From IMG/VR virus record IMGVR_UViG_3300006735_000024: a stretch of 64,000 nucleotides of DNA, one strand, 5' to 3'. The stretch is from an uncultured virus (IMG/VR IMGVR_UViG_3300006735_000024) (lineage: Duplodnaviria > Heunggongvirae > Uroviricota > Caudoviricetes). Position 1 is the stretch's first letter. The number at the start of each line of letters is the position of its first letter. Made by a program: the position numbers and the translations under genes. This document shows positions 41,101-49,652 of this stretch, piece after piece. Below the pieces are notes generated by a model. It was given only the letters and a program-made list of their open reading frames with translations. It did not search any database and had not been told where the DNA came from.

Positions 41101-42590
41101 CCATTCGGACAAAGACCATCCTCCAATTCCCCGAAAGTTTGATTACCAAATCCTCTTCGAGTACAATCGTGGGGATAGTATAAACTTTCTTCATCTGGTC
41201 CTGCACACTTTGAACCGATTCCCCAGAATATTCCTGGCGTACCACCACTTGATACCATCTTAGAACAAAGAAGTGCAGATGTGTTATAACACGCCTCGTC
41301 TAAACAACACGCACCATTTTGAGTTTCGAGGCAACAATTGATAGCGTCATCACCAGTACACGAACCTTGTATCCAAACACTGTTTGGTTCAAAGGAACAT
41401 TGATATTCTGTCAGTTCAAAACAAACTTGGTTGATACAACATGCGCCTATTTCTTCTTCTGAGCATGGATCTGGACATCCTCCCAGAAGTTCAACTTCTT
41501 GACATGTATTACCGTCAACAAAGAATCCACCATACGTTTGACATTTTTCTTCGGAGGTTTCTGTGCATCCACCAAGAAGACAACATGCTCCCTGTGGATA
41601 GCAATCAGGTCCTTCAGGACGATTTAAACAAGGAATAGATGAGAATGAACCACCAACAGAATCACAATAAGTTTTATTGACATAATCAACACATCCTGAT
41701 CTATCTGGACCATTAGAGTTTTCACAGAAACAACAAGAACCAATAAAAATGTCACCCTGAATTAAATTGTCAAATGTCAATCCAGTGAATTCGTAAATTA
41801 CATTATCATCTCCAGTTTTTCCTAGATGAAATGCACTTACCATTCCTTTTGTGATCGGAGAATTTGAATTTTCTTGATGTTGAGTTATATAAGTAAATGG
41901 AACAACAGTTCCATGAACCTCTGCCGTACCTGCAATCGGAGATGTGTTTATAGGATTTGATCCTCTTTGATTAACCTCTGTCCCAATAACAATATTATTA
42001 TTGAGTTCTCCGGTTTTCGATTCTCTATGAGTTAATATTCTTGCAGTGAGTTGATCACCACTCCAGAATGTATTTAATGCTCCGTGTGCAGATGCACCAG
42101 AGAAATTATAAACAAGTTCACCTGTGTTTCCTAATCTGCCTTGATCGTATGTTGTACCAGAAAGAAGTATGGTGTAATCAGAAGTTACACCAATCGAAAT
42201 GTCTTCACCACTAACTGTAAGTGATTTAAAATAGGCAGTAATACCATTCTTGACTTGGAAAATTTGTCCGTATTCAGGTCCTTCGATTGCATTGATGATC
42301 TGGAAATTTTCACTATCGTCCACACCAGTAGCGCCTCTTGCACCACTCACACCGACAGTGCTTCCGTCTGTTAAATAAAATGTAATCAAGTCGTTACCAT
42401 ACGAACCACCAGGTCCGCCGCTTGCACCAGTCGCAGATATAATACCGATACCAGTTGCAACACCACCAATGGGACCTGTTGCTCCAGTAGCACCAGTAGC
42501 ACCAGTAGGGCCTATAGGCCCAGCGGGACCAGTGAGAGAGTTTGTCCCACTGGTGGTTAATATCCTACTAGAACCCTGAATAGATGGCAT
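38190..42590 (-). CDS. Collagen-headed Cys-rich (GACC-repeat) putative adhesin, paralogue B2
   Basis: N-terminus near-identical to B1; ten exact GACC motifs plus variants. Confidence 0.78.
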   Translation of the reverse strand: MPSIQGSSRILTTSGTNSLTGPAGPIGPTGATGATGATGPIGGVATGIGIISATGASGGPGGSYGNDLITFYLTDGSTVGVSGARGATGVDDSENFQIINAIEGPEYGQIFQVKNGITAYFKSLTVSGEDISIGVTSDYTILLSGTTYDQGRLGNTGELVYNFSGASAHGALNTFWSGDQLTARILTHRESKTGELNNNIVIGTEVNQRGSNPINTSPIAGTAEVHGTVVPFTYITQHQENSNSPITKGMVSAFHLGKTGDDNVIYEFTGLTFDNLIQGDIFIGSCCFCENSNGPDRSGCVDYVNKTYCDSVGGSFSSIPCLNRPEGPDCYPQGACCLLGGCTETSEEKCQTYGGFFVDGNTCQEVELLGGCPDPCSEEEIGACCINQVCFELTEYQCSFEPNSVWIQGSCTGDDAINCCLETQNGACCLDEACYNTSALLCSKMVSSGGTPGIFWGIGSKCAGPDEESLYYPHDCTRRGFGNQTFGELEDGLCPNGDLPPCTDCVGWTQEISSDPTINICAADDVYCPCDTGDGQYGCNVCGSNLESCSTIITVDGTCWECCCETKEEDEEPPVELGACCVDQTCSYVTVEECNNSGGYFLEGQTCESNPCSNPQGACCYEFDNCQLIDEITCSNSGGTFYQDSTCSICDTLQSPLGACCYTDGSCIEEATEEQCDITGGEFKEDLTCSSCDTIITGACCNSDGTCTDDSTEEDCDGKFNEGLSCADAGCDEVGICCGGAYNINGQPRPCTASGVPITETICDSLSTQEYPTIWYSDTNHECCGSCCWWGGNPGEESYHCDETGNKLFYDCENLADVGAEAGTVPCYPDGDYQDVTWTSGDCSSENGNQGCPNEIIGCCLDGEVQIGETSKCYCEQYNGNDSGWTEGPCPDDKDTNACCITGFCVDDIPPEDCAGLGGTTVFNTLCNDTTCDGACCDAANADCTQTNETACFGTSTFLGVGVSCDACQAFTAEGACCFQDGTCEIREETNCAASNGYWQGPETTCNDNDVDCSIYMLGACCSARNALCVEVTEAECASKLPAIYEETGDSTPPVGMQAPDVEYLWAGPGTSCGSTYTLGGTTFTLPFSLTPDLGSNTCGYYFGGIDAPGRFSVPEEYRLGDSDMGLCCQQKEWATQSIPPYGCGCQGSRPPVEDDEGGKTCPELPEEPWCTFCQTEAIYKYCGGPSIVTKSSWECSACNTGVNPGLSLNRRSIWTTDALGNPALIFRPIDGAIDQLYKNSDAFGTEVLDPKLRILAGLSPQVMFTVEVEGVEEERPAVIIGPPAQECMGIKPPEIVIDCPTVQTAPRADYGEYPCNGYEYQGDLYCGPLEFGLCAPEDGWECPDGYFEVEPGVCHLNGTTLGHCCCKHPHKYRTDTTAPGGVICECYHGYITEEECKLKKCGPVPNDLGQGEPTDANWCCPHTINAQGPCPPFCGQKCTEAACEQECCDGHQCCGEGPPPPIQEG

Positions 42591-42604
42591 AACAAATCAT
42601 TCCC

Positions 42605-45600
42605 TTAATCCTGATTTATATTTTTATCGCTGTCTCGCAACACCTTAGGCATTTTTGTGAGTTTGTCACTTGAAGATTTTCCGTCGCAACGAATCATACG
42701 AATAGGTCTTACTTGATATGTATTCGTAGTTCTATTTTTCTTGCCTACCAAAAATTCGTCTTTATTTCCTTCAACGTCAAACTTCATTGCCCAGGCAACT
42801 GTTCCGGGATCAGCAGTTGCACCAGAATTGGAAGATACCATTACACCTTCTTCATATCCCCCTGTGATTCCTCTTGTCTCATCGAATGCACCAGTAGATG
42901 TCCAATACCATCCTTTATATGGACTACCACCATATGCTAAAAGATGAGAATTCAAATCAAAGTCGTATTGATTATCACGAACACAATTCTCTGCAATAAA
43001 TCCTAGTTCATCATGACTTGGAATATACCAAGAAGAAACTTCAGGAATATTAGAACCAGTCAAACCATCAACCGCCCCTGTGGTTCCATTTAATTCATCT
43101 CTATATAATCTACAAATTCTGAACGCAGAAATATAATCAGCAGTCAAACCAGGTCCAAATTGCTCTGATGTGTATAAATTATTAGTTTCGTTATATACCT
43201 GTGATAATGCATTGTCCGCACTAATAATTCTTAAGTTGTTATGGAATCCATAGTTTCGATGCCAGAAACCGTTTGCTGATTGATTCGGTCTTGTTAGGAG
43301 TTTACTTACACCATCGACTCCAAGACTTCTTGCCTTTGCACATGTGGTATAAGTATTGAAAGGAAGATTTATCAGAGAAGGTTCTTCCATAAATCTATCA
43401 TACCAGTAACCTTCATTTAGACTAAATTTATTTTTATAGTCTTCGTTTAAGTCATTATATTGTAGAGTGTCTTGATTATAGATTGGTCCCCAAGAACTTC
43501 CTCTGTTACTCCAATAAAATTCTGCTGTTGCACTTGGATAGTCTTGTAAAAGAACTACTTCTCTATCACCTGTTACAGCAAGTGGAGATAATGCAGTGAT
43601 CACATAGTACGCATCAACACGGGTTTGGTCATTCAGAATATCCAACTCATTAAATTCTGTACATCCCTTGTCAGATGTGAATCCATAACCGTGGAAATCA
43701 TACTTTGACCTGTATGTTTCTCCTATTAAACCACTGTCTGAGGTAGAACCAGTAGCACCAACCATCAATTCTTCCCAGTTTGCAGTTCTATCCTTTCCGA
43801 AACTGTTGTGTCCAAGCACAGAACCACCATGAGGTCTGTATATTCCAACAACCATTCCACCTGCATATAAATCACCGGGTTGTAGATTTAGTGCTTGAAT
43901 TCCAGAGTTTCCGTTAAATTCGTCATCTGAAACACAGTCAACACCACAGCATTTGCTTCTGTCTCCAGCATATAGATTGCCTGCGTTCACACAAGTTTTG
44001 AATGTGGTGCTATTACTGCAAGAAGAACCTTCACAACAAGCACCAGTCCCACCCGCACAAATTTCAATAATATCATTTCCATATCTCTTTGTGCATGGAA
44101 TTCCTTCACCTTGGAAAAATCTTCCTAAAGTATCACATTCTGAATGTGTCAGTAGTTCGCAATTTCCCAAACCATCACAACAGGCACCTAAATCTTTTGA
44201 TGCAGATTCACAGTCCATGTTGTAGCATTCATTTCCTGTTCCACCAAATGTGGTTTCAATATAGAGAACATCAGAATAATTTACACAAGCATCAATTGTT
44301 TGTTGCGTACAATCTGTTTCCTTTGTTGATGTGTTATAGGAACAACAAGGTCCTTTTTCAAAACATACTGATTCTGTTGAACTTCCGCATGTTGTTCCGC
44401 ACCCAACAAAGTAACCACCGAAGCATTTTGACTCTGTTGTATGAACACAAATTCCATCACCCAAGCAACAGGCACCTGTTGCGCCCGTTGTTCCTGCTGA
44501 ATCTAAAAATTCAATACCGGGATAATCTTGAACACCATCAGTATATAAGTTTCTTGTTCCTGCAACTTCATGGCAGAAGAAAGGATTATTATCTGTATCA
44601 TTGTCCATTATATTATCGGGAGATTTCCACTGAATCAGATTTCCATGCCATGCTACTCCATTGGGACATATTTCTCCCCGTGTTTCACATGGAAGCCAAA
44701 AGAAGTTAAAGATATCAGTACCACCACTGAAACATGGTGCTAAATCTAAAGGCCAAGTAACATTCGTAAATCTTTCCACAGGAACTAATGAATTTTCTGC
44801 ACCGTGAACAATGAGAGTGAATGCCTTTGTTAAGTTTGGTTTTCCTTCTGCTGGAATTCCTGAAATATTATTTCCTGTATATCCAAAGGATGCATCATTT
44901 ATAACAAATTGAACTGGACCAGTAGAACCACTCTCATGCATATCCGCAAAGGTGAGTCCTCTCATATCTGCTATGAATACCTTTGCGATATTCGGATCTA
45001 TTGTTCCTTGATAAAATGGAGGATTACCTTCTTCACCAAATCTCCGAATATCGTATGTTCCGGGATCACCATTGTCAACGGTTAAATACTTGGACTTTTC
45101 TTTATATGATTTTACACGAACATCAAGTGCATTTAGTCCACTGTCGTAAGAAGCACCAGTGAAACCATGAAGACGAACTGGTTGTCCCTCGTCTGTTCCA
45201 ACAAGAGAACCGATTCCCGAACTTGGTTGTGTGTTTAGATAACCAAAGTTTCCTCTATCGTAGTGTAGATTTATTTCACTGGTTGCAGTATTATCTGTTA
45301 AGGTTAAAGCATCACCTGCAACTTCGATTGCTTTTATAGTGATTGTATTACTAGAATTCCTAACCTTAAATACAGTTGCACCACCGCTAGGCAATGTATA
45401 ACCAGGCGGTGTTCCTTCTGGTCCACCCGAAGTGTTACCGCCATCTATATTGTTTATTGAATTTCCAGTAGGTCCTTTAGCAAGAGTGGATGTCACATAA
45501 CCACCAGTGTAACCACCAATCGGATCTCCATGAAAATTATATCCATGAAATATTTGGTGTAATTTTCCATCCTGAATATACATTGCAGTGGAACCAGCGA

Positions 45601-45775
45601 TAGGTCCAGTAGAACCCATCATACTTGCACCAGTAAGTCCAGTTGCACCAGTAGGTCCAGTAGGTCCAGTAGAACCAGAATCTCCAGTAGGTCCGGTGGG
45701 TCCGATAGGACCGGTGATTGCATCACCGCCTATTGGTAAAAAGAAACTACTTCCATGAACTACTGGTGCTACCAT
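42605..45775 (-). CDS. Collagen + GACC repeats + Lcl/DUF1566-like (C-type lectin fold) putative receptor-binding protein
   Basis: GPTGPTG triplets; GACC repeats; WYIPSHDEL...WYWTST...AWAMKF...VRPIR. Confidence 0.72.
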   Translation of the reverse strand: MVAPVVHGSSFFLPIGGDAITGPIGPTGPTGDSGSTGPTGPTGATGLTGASMMGSTGPIAGSTAMYIQDGKLHQIFHGYNFHGDPIGGYTGGYVTSTLAKGPTGNSINNIDGGNTSGGPEGTPPGYTLPSGGATVFKVRNSSNTITIKAIEVAGDALTLTDNTATSEINLHYDRGNFGYLNTQPSSGIGSLVGTDEGQPVRLHGFTGASYDSGLNALDVRVKSYKEKSKYLTVDNGDPGTYDIRRFGEEGNPPFYQGTIDPNIAKVFIADMRGLTFADMHESGSTGPVQFVINDASFGYTGNNISGIPAEGKPNLTKAFTLIVHGAENSLVPVERFTNVTWPLDLAPCFSGGTDIFNFFWLPCETRGEICPNGVAWHGNLIQWKSPDNIMDNDTDNNPFFCHEVAGTRNLYTDGVQDYPGIEFLDSAGTTGATGACCLGDGICVHTTESKCFGGYFVGCGTTCGSSTESVCFEKGPCCSYNTSTKETDCTQQTIDACVNYSDVLYIETTFGGTGNECYNMDCESASKDLGACCDGLGNCELLTHSECDTLGRFFQGEGIPCTKRYGNDIIEICAGGTGACCEGSSCSNSTTFKTCVNAGNLYAGDRSKCCGVDCVSDDEFNGNSGIQALNLQPGDLYAGGMVVGIYRPHGGSVLGHNSFGKDRTANWEELMVGATGSTSDSGLIGETYRSKYDFHGYGFTSDKGCTEFNELDILNDQTRVDAYYVITALSPLAVTGDREVVLLQDYPSATAEFYWSNRGSSWGPIYNQDTLQYNDLNEDYKNKFSLNEGYWYDRFMEEPSLINLPFNTYTTCAKARSLGVDGVSKLLTRPNQSANGFWHRNYGFHNNLRIISADNALSQVYNETNNLYTSEQFGPGLTADYISAFRICRLYRDELNGTTGAVDGLTGSNIPEVSSWYIPSHDELGFIAENCVRDNQYDFDLNSHLLAYGGSPYKGWYWTSTGAFDETRGITGGYEEGVMVSSNSGATADPGTVAWAMKFDVEGNKDEFLVGKKNRTTNTYQVRPIRMIRCDGKSSSDKLTKMPKVLRDSDKNINQD

Positions 45776-45790
45776 ATTGCTTCCTTATCA

Positions 45791-47140
45791 CTATTTGCTC
45801 GTAATGTTTGCAGTAATTGCGGTAGTAGAAGCACCATCACCATTCACTTGCGTTTTCAAACTTGCAAGTTCATCTGCCAATGTGTTAATTGTTCCTGCTA
45901 AATCAGCGACAGATTTTGCACTATTTTCTACAGTAACGGTTCCTGTAACAGATAATTCATTAACGGTGACTTTTGAAGGAACAGTTGCAACATCATCTCC
46001 CTGATCCGACTTCACTGAAATTTTGTATCGTTCTGTTACAATTTTCGTTGCACCACTTATAGTTTTTGCTCTTATACTTGTATTTCTATTTGGAATTTGT
46101 GGTAGTGCAACATCAGTTTTTTCTGAATTTGATATGATTATATTTTCTCCAGAAGAAGAATGAAGTCTATTTCCAATATCAGGACCTGAAGTTTCTGTTG
46201 TTGTAACATAAATGCAATTTATATTCGGTCTATTCACATCACCAACTTGGGTACATGTGCCTTTCCATACTCTTTCTCCAGAACCACTGATAAAGTAAAC
46301 CGCTTTACCCAACCAAAGACTCTCCACAAATCCTGTTAAGGATGTAAAGGAATATCTCGCACCAAACGGATCATTTTTTAGTTTCCCGTTTGCTAAATTA
46401 TTGAATGTTTTATAATTTCGTGAAGATGCGTCTGGAGAATTGGAACTAATAGGAGCAAAATTATTAGGTTTGTTTGCATCCCACTCATTGTCTGCGAGTA
46501 TAAGTTCAGTTCCTTCTATGTCAACAAATGACCGGAGACCCAAGGGTTCTTCTTCACCACCAACCGAAGCGACCACCGAACCTCCAACCTGATAACCAAT
46601 ATAGTTTACTACATGATGAGTATATGTACCATCAGCAGCCTGTTGTAGAATTGGTTTCGCAATTTTAGTTGGTGAATTTGGAGCAAGATTTTGAACTGCT
46701 CCTGCTGTAACTTCACTTAAGAAGTAAATATCATTCCCGCCAGTTGCACCAGAAGTTCCTAGAGTTTCATCTATATGTGTCGCATTTATAATACGATCAG
46801 GATATATCATTTGTCCAGATAACACAACATTCACCATACCATCATCGATACTTTCTACAATACCAATAATTTCTGCATTCTCAGCAGTATCCGCTTGTGC
46901 TTTTCTGTACTTTTGGTAACTTGGAGAATCTGTTACTCCATCAGATTTATATGGAACAACATCATAGCGAATCGCATCACCTGCTGTAACACCATCGTCT
47001 CCTATGTAATCAGAAACTCTACCACCAGAAAACCCAGATAACTCATGGGTCATCAATAACCTTGCTCCGCTGTTCGTTATATTACGAACATTTAGGTTTC
47101 CTGAAATATTTGAACTGTTTCCGCAACTAGAATGTGCCAT
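45791..47140 (-). CDS. Putative tail/virion structural protein
   Basis: KAQAD--ENAEIIGIV...YFLS...G domain shared with the next gene; C-terminal coiled-coil-like segment. Confidence 0.65.
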   Translation of the reverse strand: MAHSSCGNSSNISGNLNVRNITNSGARLLMTHELSGFSGGRVSDYIGDDGVTAGDAIRYDVVPYKSDGVTDSPSYQKYRKAQADTAENAEIIGIVESIDDGMVNVVLSGQMIYPDRIINATHIDETLGTSGATGGNDIYFLSEVTAGAVQNLAPNSPTKIAKPILQQAADGTYTHHVVNYIGYQVGGSVVASVGGEEEPLGLRSFVDIEGTELILADNEWDANKPNNFAPISSNSPDASSRNYKTFNNLANGKLKNDPFGARYSFTSLTGFVESLWLGKAVYFISGSGERVWKGTCTQVGDVNRPNINCIYVTTTETSGPDIGNRLHSSSGENIIISNSEKTDVALPQIPNRNTSIRAKTISGATKIVTERYKISVKSDQGDDVATVPSKVTVNELSVTGTVTVENSAKSVADLAGTINTLADELASLKTQVNGDGASTTAITANITSK

Positions 47141-47157
47141 TAATGTTTACTCCTGTT

Positions 47158-49614
47158 CTATGTATTGTTCATATTGTCGGTTAAGTCTGCATCTGCAACA
47201 TAATGAACAGAAACTTCGTCAAATATAACCGTACCGGCAGGAACAAAGAGATAAATACCATTCTTTGTTGCATACTCCGAAGTAATTGTGGTTGTACCTG
47301 CGGGAGCATTTCTTGGGGTAGTATTAGATCCGTCAGAAGACCAACCATACGTTCCAGCAGTGTGTCTTAAATCAACACCTGCACTTTGGTTATATGCATC
47401 TGATGTTTGACCACTGAATGGTGAATATAATGTTATCGTAGGATCAGCACGCATTACTACTGGGAATGTGTAATGATTGTCTCTTGTTGGAGAAACTGTA
47501 AAGTTCACCGCAGTTACATCTGGTACACTTCCCAACATAGTAGAACTTACGGTTGCTTGATCTAAACCATAACTTCTTTGATAATATCTACTACATTTGT
47601 GTAAATCATCTTCTCTCTGTTGTGGTGTTGATGCATTTCTTGTAGCAACTATTCCTCTTTCGAGTTTTACTTGTGCTAAATCAAAAGTAGTATTCATATG
47701 TGTAGTATCAAAACCGACACCGAGGTAATGTTTACCGGATGGTGTTGTTTCAATATTTGGAACATGGAATGCCACTTCATATTTTGTCCAACTAGTGCCT
47801 AGTGTGAAGTTGGATGGCCTATGTGTATAAGTATCTGAACCATCATATTGGTTTAGAACAATCGAACCAGTAGAACCAGCAACACCAGATTTTGCCCAGA
47901 ACGAGAGAGTAGCATTTTCATTTCTCAATGTTCGGACATCTTCAATTCTATTTTCGATTATTGCATGACTACCCACAGCATCACCTTGTGGATGGAAGTC
48001 ATTCTGGAATCGAGTATAATAAGTAGGATTACCGAATACTTCTATTTGGTTTGCTGAGAATGCTTTTCTTTCAATATTGAATGTTCCGGTGGTTGCTCCG
48101 CTTGCATTCCACGCTGCACTGCCCGAAGCACCATCTATTCTCACCCATCTGTCTGCAAAGTAGGTTGTACCAGTAGCACCATAAGAAGATGTACCAATAC
48201 CTCTTTGCCACACATCAAACCCACCGTTGATTAGAATATTTTCATTGATGGCACTACCATAAGTTGTACCACCAACACTTGTGGATTTGAACGCCCAGTT
48301 TCCCATTCCGTATGGACCTTGTGTGGTGTCTCCCGCTGACCTTGGCGCACCAAGATTATTTACGGCCGCTTCACCTGCAAGGTGATTTTGATTGATGATT
48401 GCACCTTTAACATTTCCGGTTCCATCACCATTAGAAGACCATCCAACAGCAAATGGTTTTTTGGGATTTCCAATTGTGTTTGGTGTTCCATCTGCATCAA
48501 ATTCGTTTTCTAATTTTCCGTTTCTATTAACATACAGTAATCCAGTCTCAACATTTACTGTAGGTAAATCTCCGCACCACCCAGTAGTAACGACTGTCAT
48601 ATACCGAGTGCTATCCAGTATAAATTCATCCAGTACCAAACCGACTGCATGATTTAAATCATCATCTTCTTGTTTCGCAACAAACCACCCGGCGGTTCCT
48701 CGTCCAGATTTATATCCTACAACATGTCCTCTTTCAAAGGTTCCTTCCGCTTCCCCGTGTGCAACAATGAATCTGTTGTCATTAATTCCACCAGTACCAC
48801 CAGTACCAGAACCAGTGAGCAACTGTCCTCTATAATTAAGAACATATCCTGTGTCTGCTGTTATACCCATAATTAATGGTTTACTTACATAACCAGCAAT
48901 CGTTGGTTCGTGCGGAGTAAGTCCACCGCTTGTGCCTGCATCTAGAAAGTAGATACATCCTGCACTTAGTCCTGCACCATATGTTGTCGCTTGTGAGAAA
49001 TCACCAACGACTTTACCGTGTGTAGTAACTTCAATATATGTGTTTGTAGAAGTATACGGAGGACTGGGAACACCAGAACTCATAGGCCAAGTAACACCAG
49101 AAACAATACCAAATACCTCTGCGAAAGGAGCGTTATCTGCTCTTGCAAGATAATAGTTTGGTGTTCCTGTTCCCCCAGCATTTTGATGCCCGAAGTCTTC
49201 TACTCTGACTGCTTGACCAAGAGTAAATCCATCTCTTGCCGCAGTATAACCACCTACAGGATGTACTCTGCTCGTAATAGAAGGAAGTTCTAGACTGTTT
49301 ATGTCATAGTTTAATATTCCATTTATACTAACATCACCCTGAAAGGTAACTCCTCTAGCAATCGTTTCAGCGATATCACATCTAAACGAACCTGCAATCA
49401 AGTCAGAACCAGCGGTTGCTCCTCCTTGCGGATCATTACTCGCAGTTGTTCCTAAAGTAAAAACAATACCATCGCCGGACAATCCATCATATATCTTCAA
49501 GTTATTTAATTTGTTTACATGAAGTGTATTGTGATAGTTTACCCAATCATAGAAAGTGTCATTTCCTTGAAGGTATGGAATCTGATATAAATTGTCGTCT
49601 GGAAGTCCGGCCAT
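47158..49614 (-). CDS. Putative tail fibre / structural protein with a carbohydrate-binding-like domain
   Basis: N-terminal DTFYDW; LARAD...GIV domain; NILINGGFDVWQRG...YFADRW...TLSFWAK...AQVKLERG...C-RYYQRSY. Confidence 0.7.
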   Translation of the reverse strand: MAGLPDDNLYQIPYLQGNDTFYDWVNYHNTLHVNKLNNLKIYDGLSGDGIVFTLGTTASNDPQGGATAGSDLIAGSFRCDIAETIARGVTFQGDVSINGILNYDINSLELPSITSRVHPVGGYTAARDGFTLGQAVRVEDFGHQNAGGTGTPNYYLARADNAPFAEVFGIVSGVTWPMSSGVPSPPYTSTNTYIEVTTHGKVVGDFSQATTYGAGLSAGCIYFLDAGTSGGLTPHEPTIAGYVSKPLIMGITADTGYVLNYRGQLLTGSGTGGTGGINDNRFIVAHGEAEGTFERGHVVGYKSGRGTAGWFVAKQEDDDLNHAVGLVLDEFILDSTRYMTVVTTGWCGDLPTVNVETGLLYVNRNGKLENEFDADGTPNTIGNPKKPFAVGWSSNGDGTGNVKGAIINQNHLAGEAAVNNLGAPRSAGDTTQGPYGMGNWAFKSTSVGGTTYGSAINENILINGGFDVWQRGIGTSSYGATGTTYFADRWVRIDGASGSAAWNASGATTGTFNIERKAFSANQIEVFGNPTYYTRFQNDFHPQGDAVGSHAIIENRIEDVRTLRNENATLSFWAKSGVAGSTGSIVLNQYDGSDTYTHRPSNFTLGTSWTKYEVAFHVPNIETTPSGKHYLGVGFDTTHMNTTFDLAQVKLERGIVATRNASTPQQREDDLHKCSRYYQRSYGLDQATVSSTMLGSVPDVTAVNFTVSPTRDNHYTFPVVMRADPTITLYSPFSGQTSDAYNQSAGVDLRHTAGTYGWSSDGSNTTPRNAPAGTTTITSEYATKNGIYLFVPAGTVIFDEVSVHYVADADLTDNMNNT

Positions 49615-49633
49615 AGGTTTATCTCTTTTACTT

Positions 49634-49641
49634 TATTTATA
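49634..49641 (-). promoter_or_regulatory. T4-type late promoter TATAAATA
   Basis: Exact consensus in intergenic space. Confidence 0.7.
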
Positions 49642-49652
49642 CCTTTTTTATA

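Noticed and set aside
28635..42590. CRISPR array or tandem DNA repeat suggested by recurring ACAACATGCACC-like words
   Set aside because: These are the antisense codons of Gly-Ala-Cys-Cys, vary at synonymous sites and are irregularly spaced
27137..45775. Diversity-generating retroelement
   Set aside because: No reverse transcriptase and no adenine-specific TR/VR pair seen; the repeats are paralogous coding sequence
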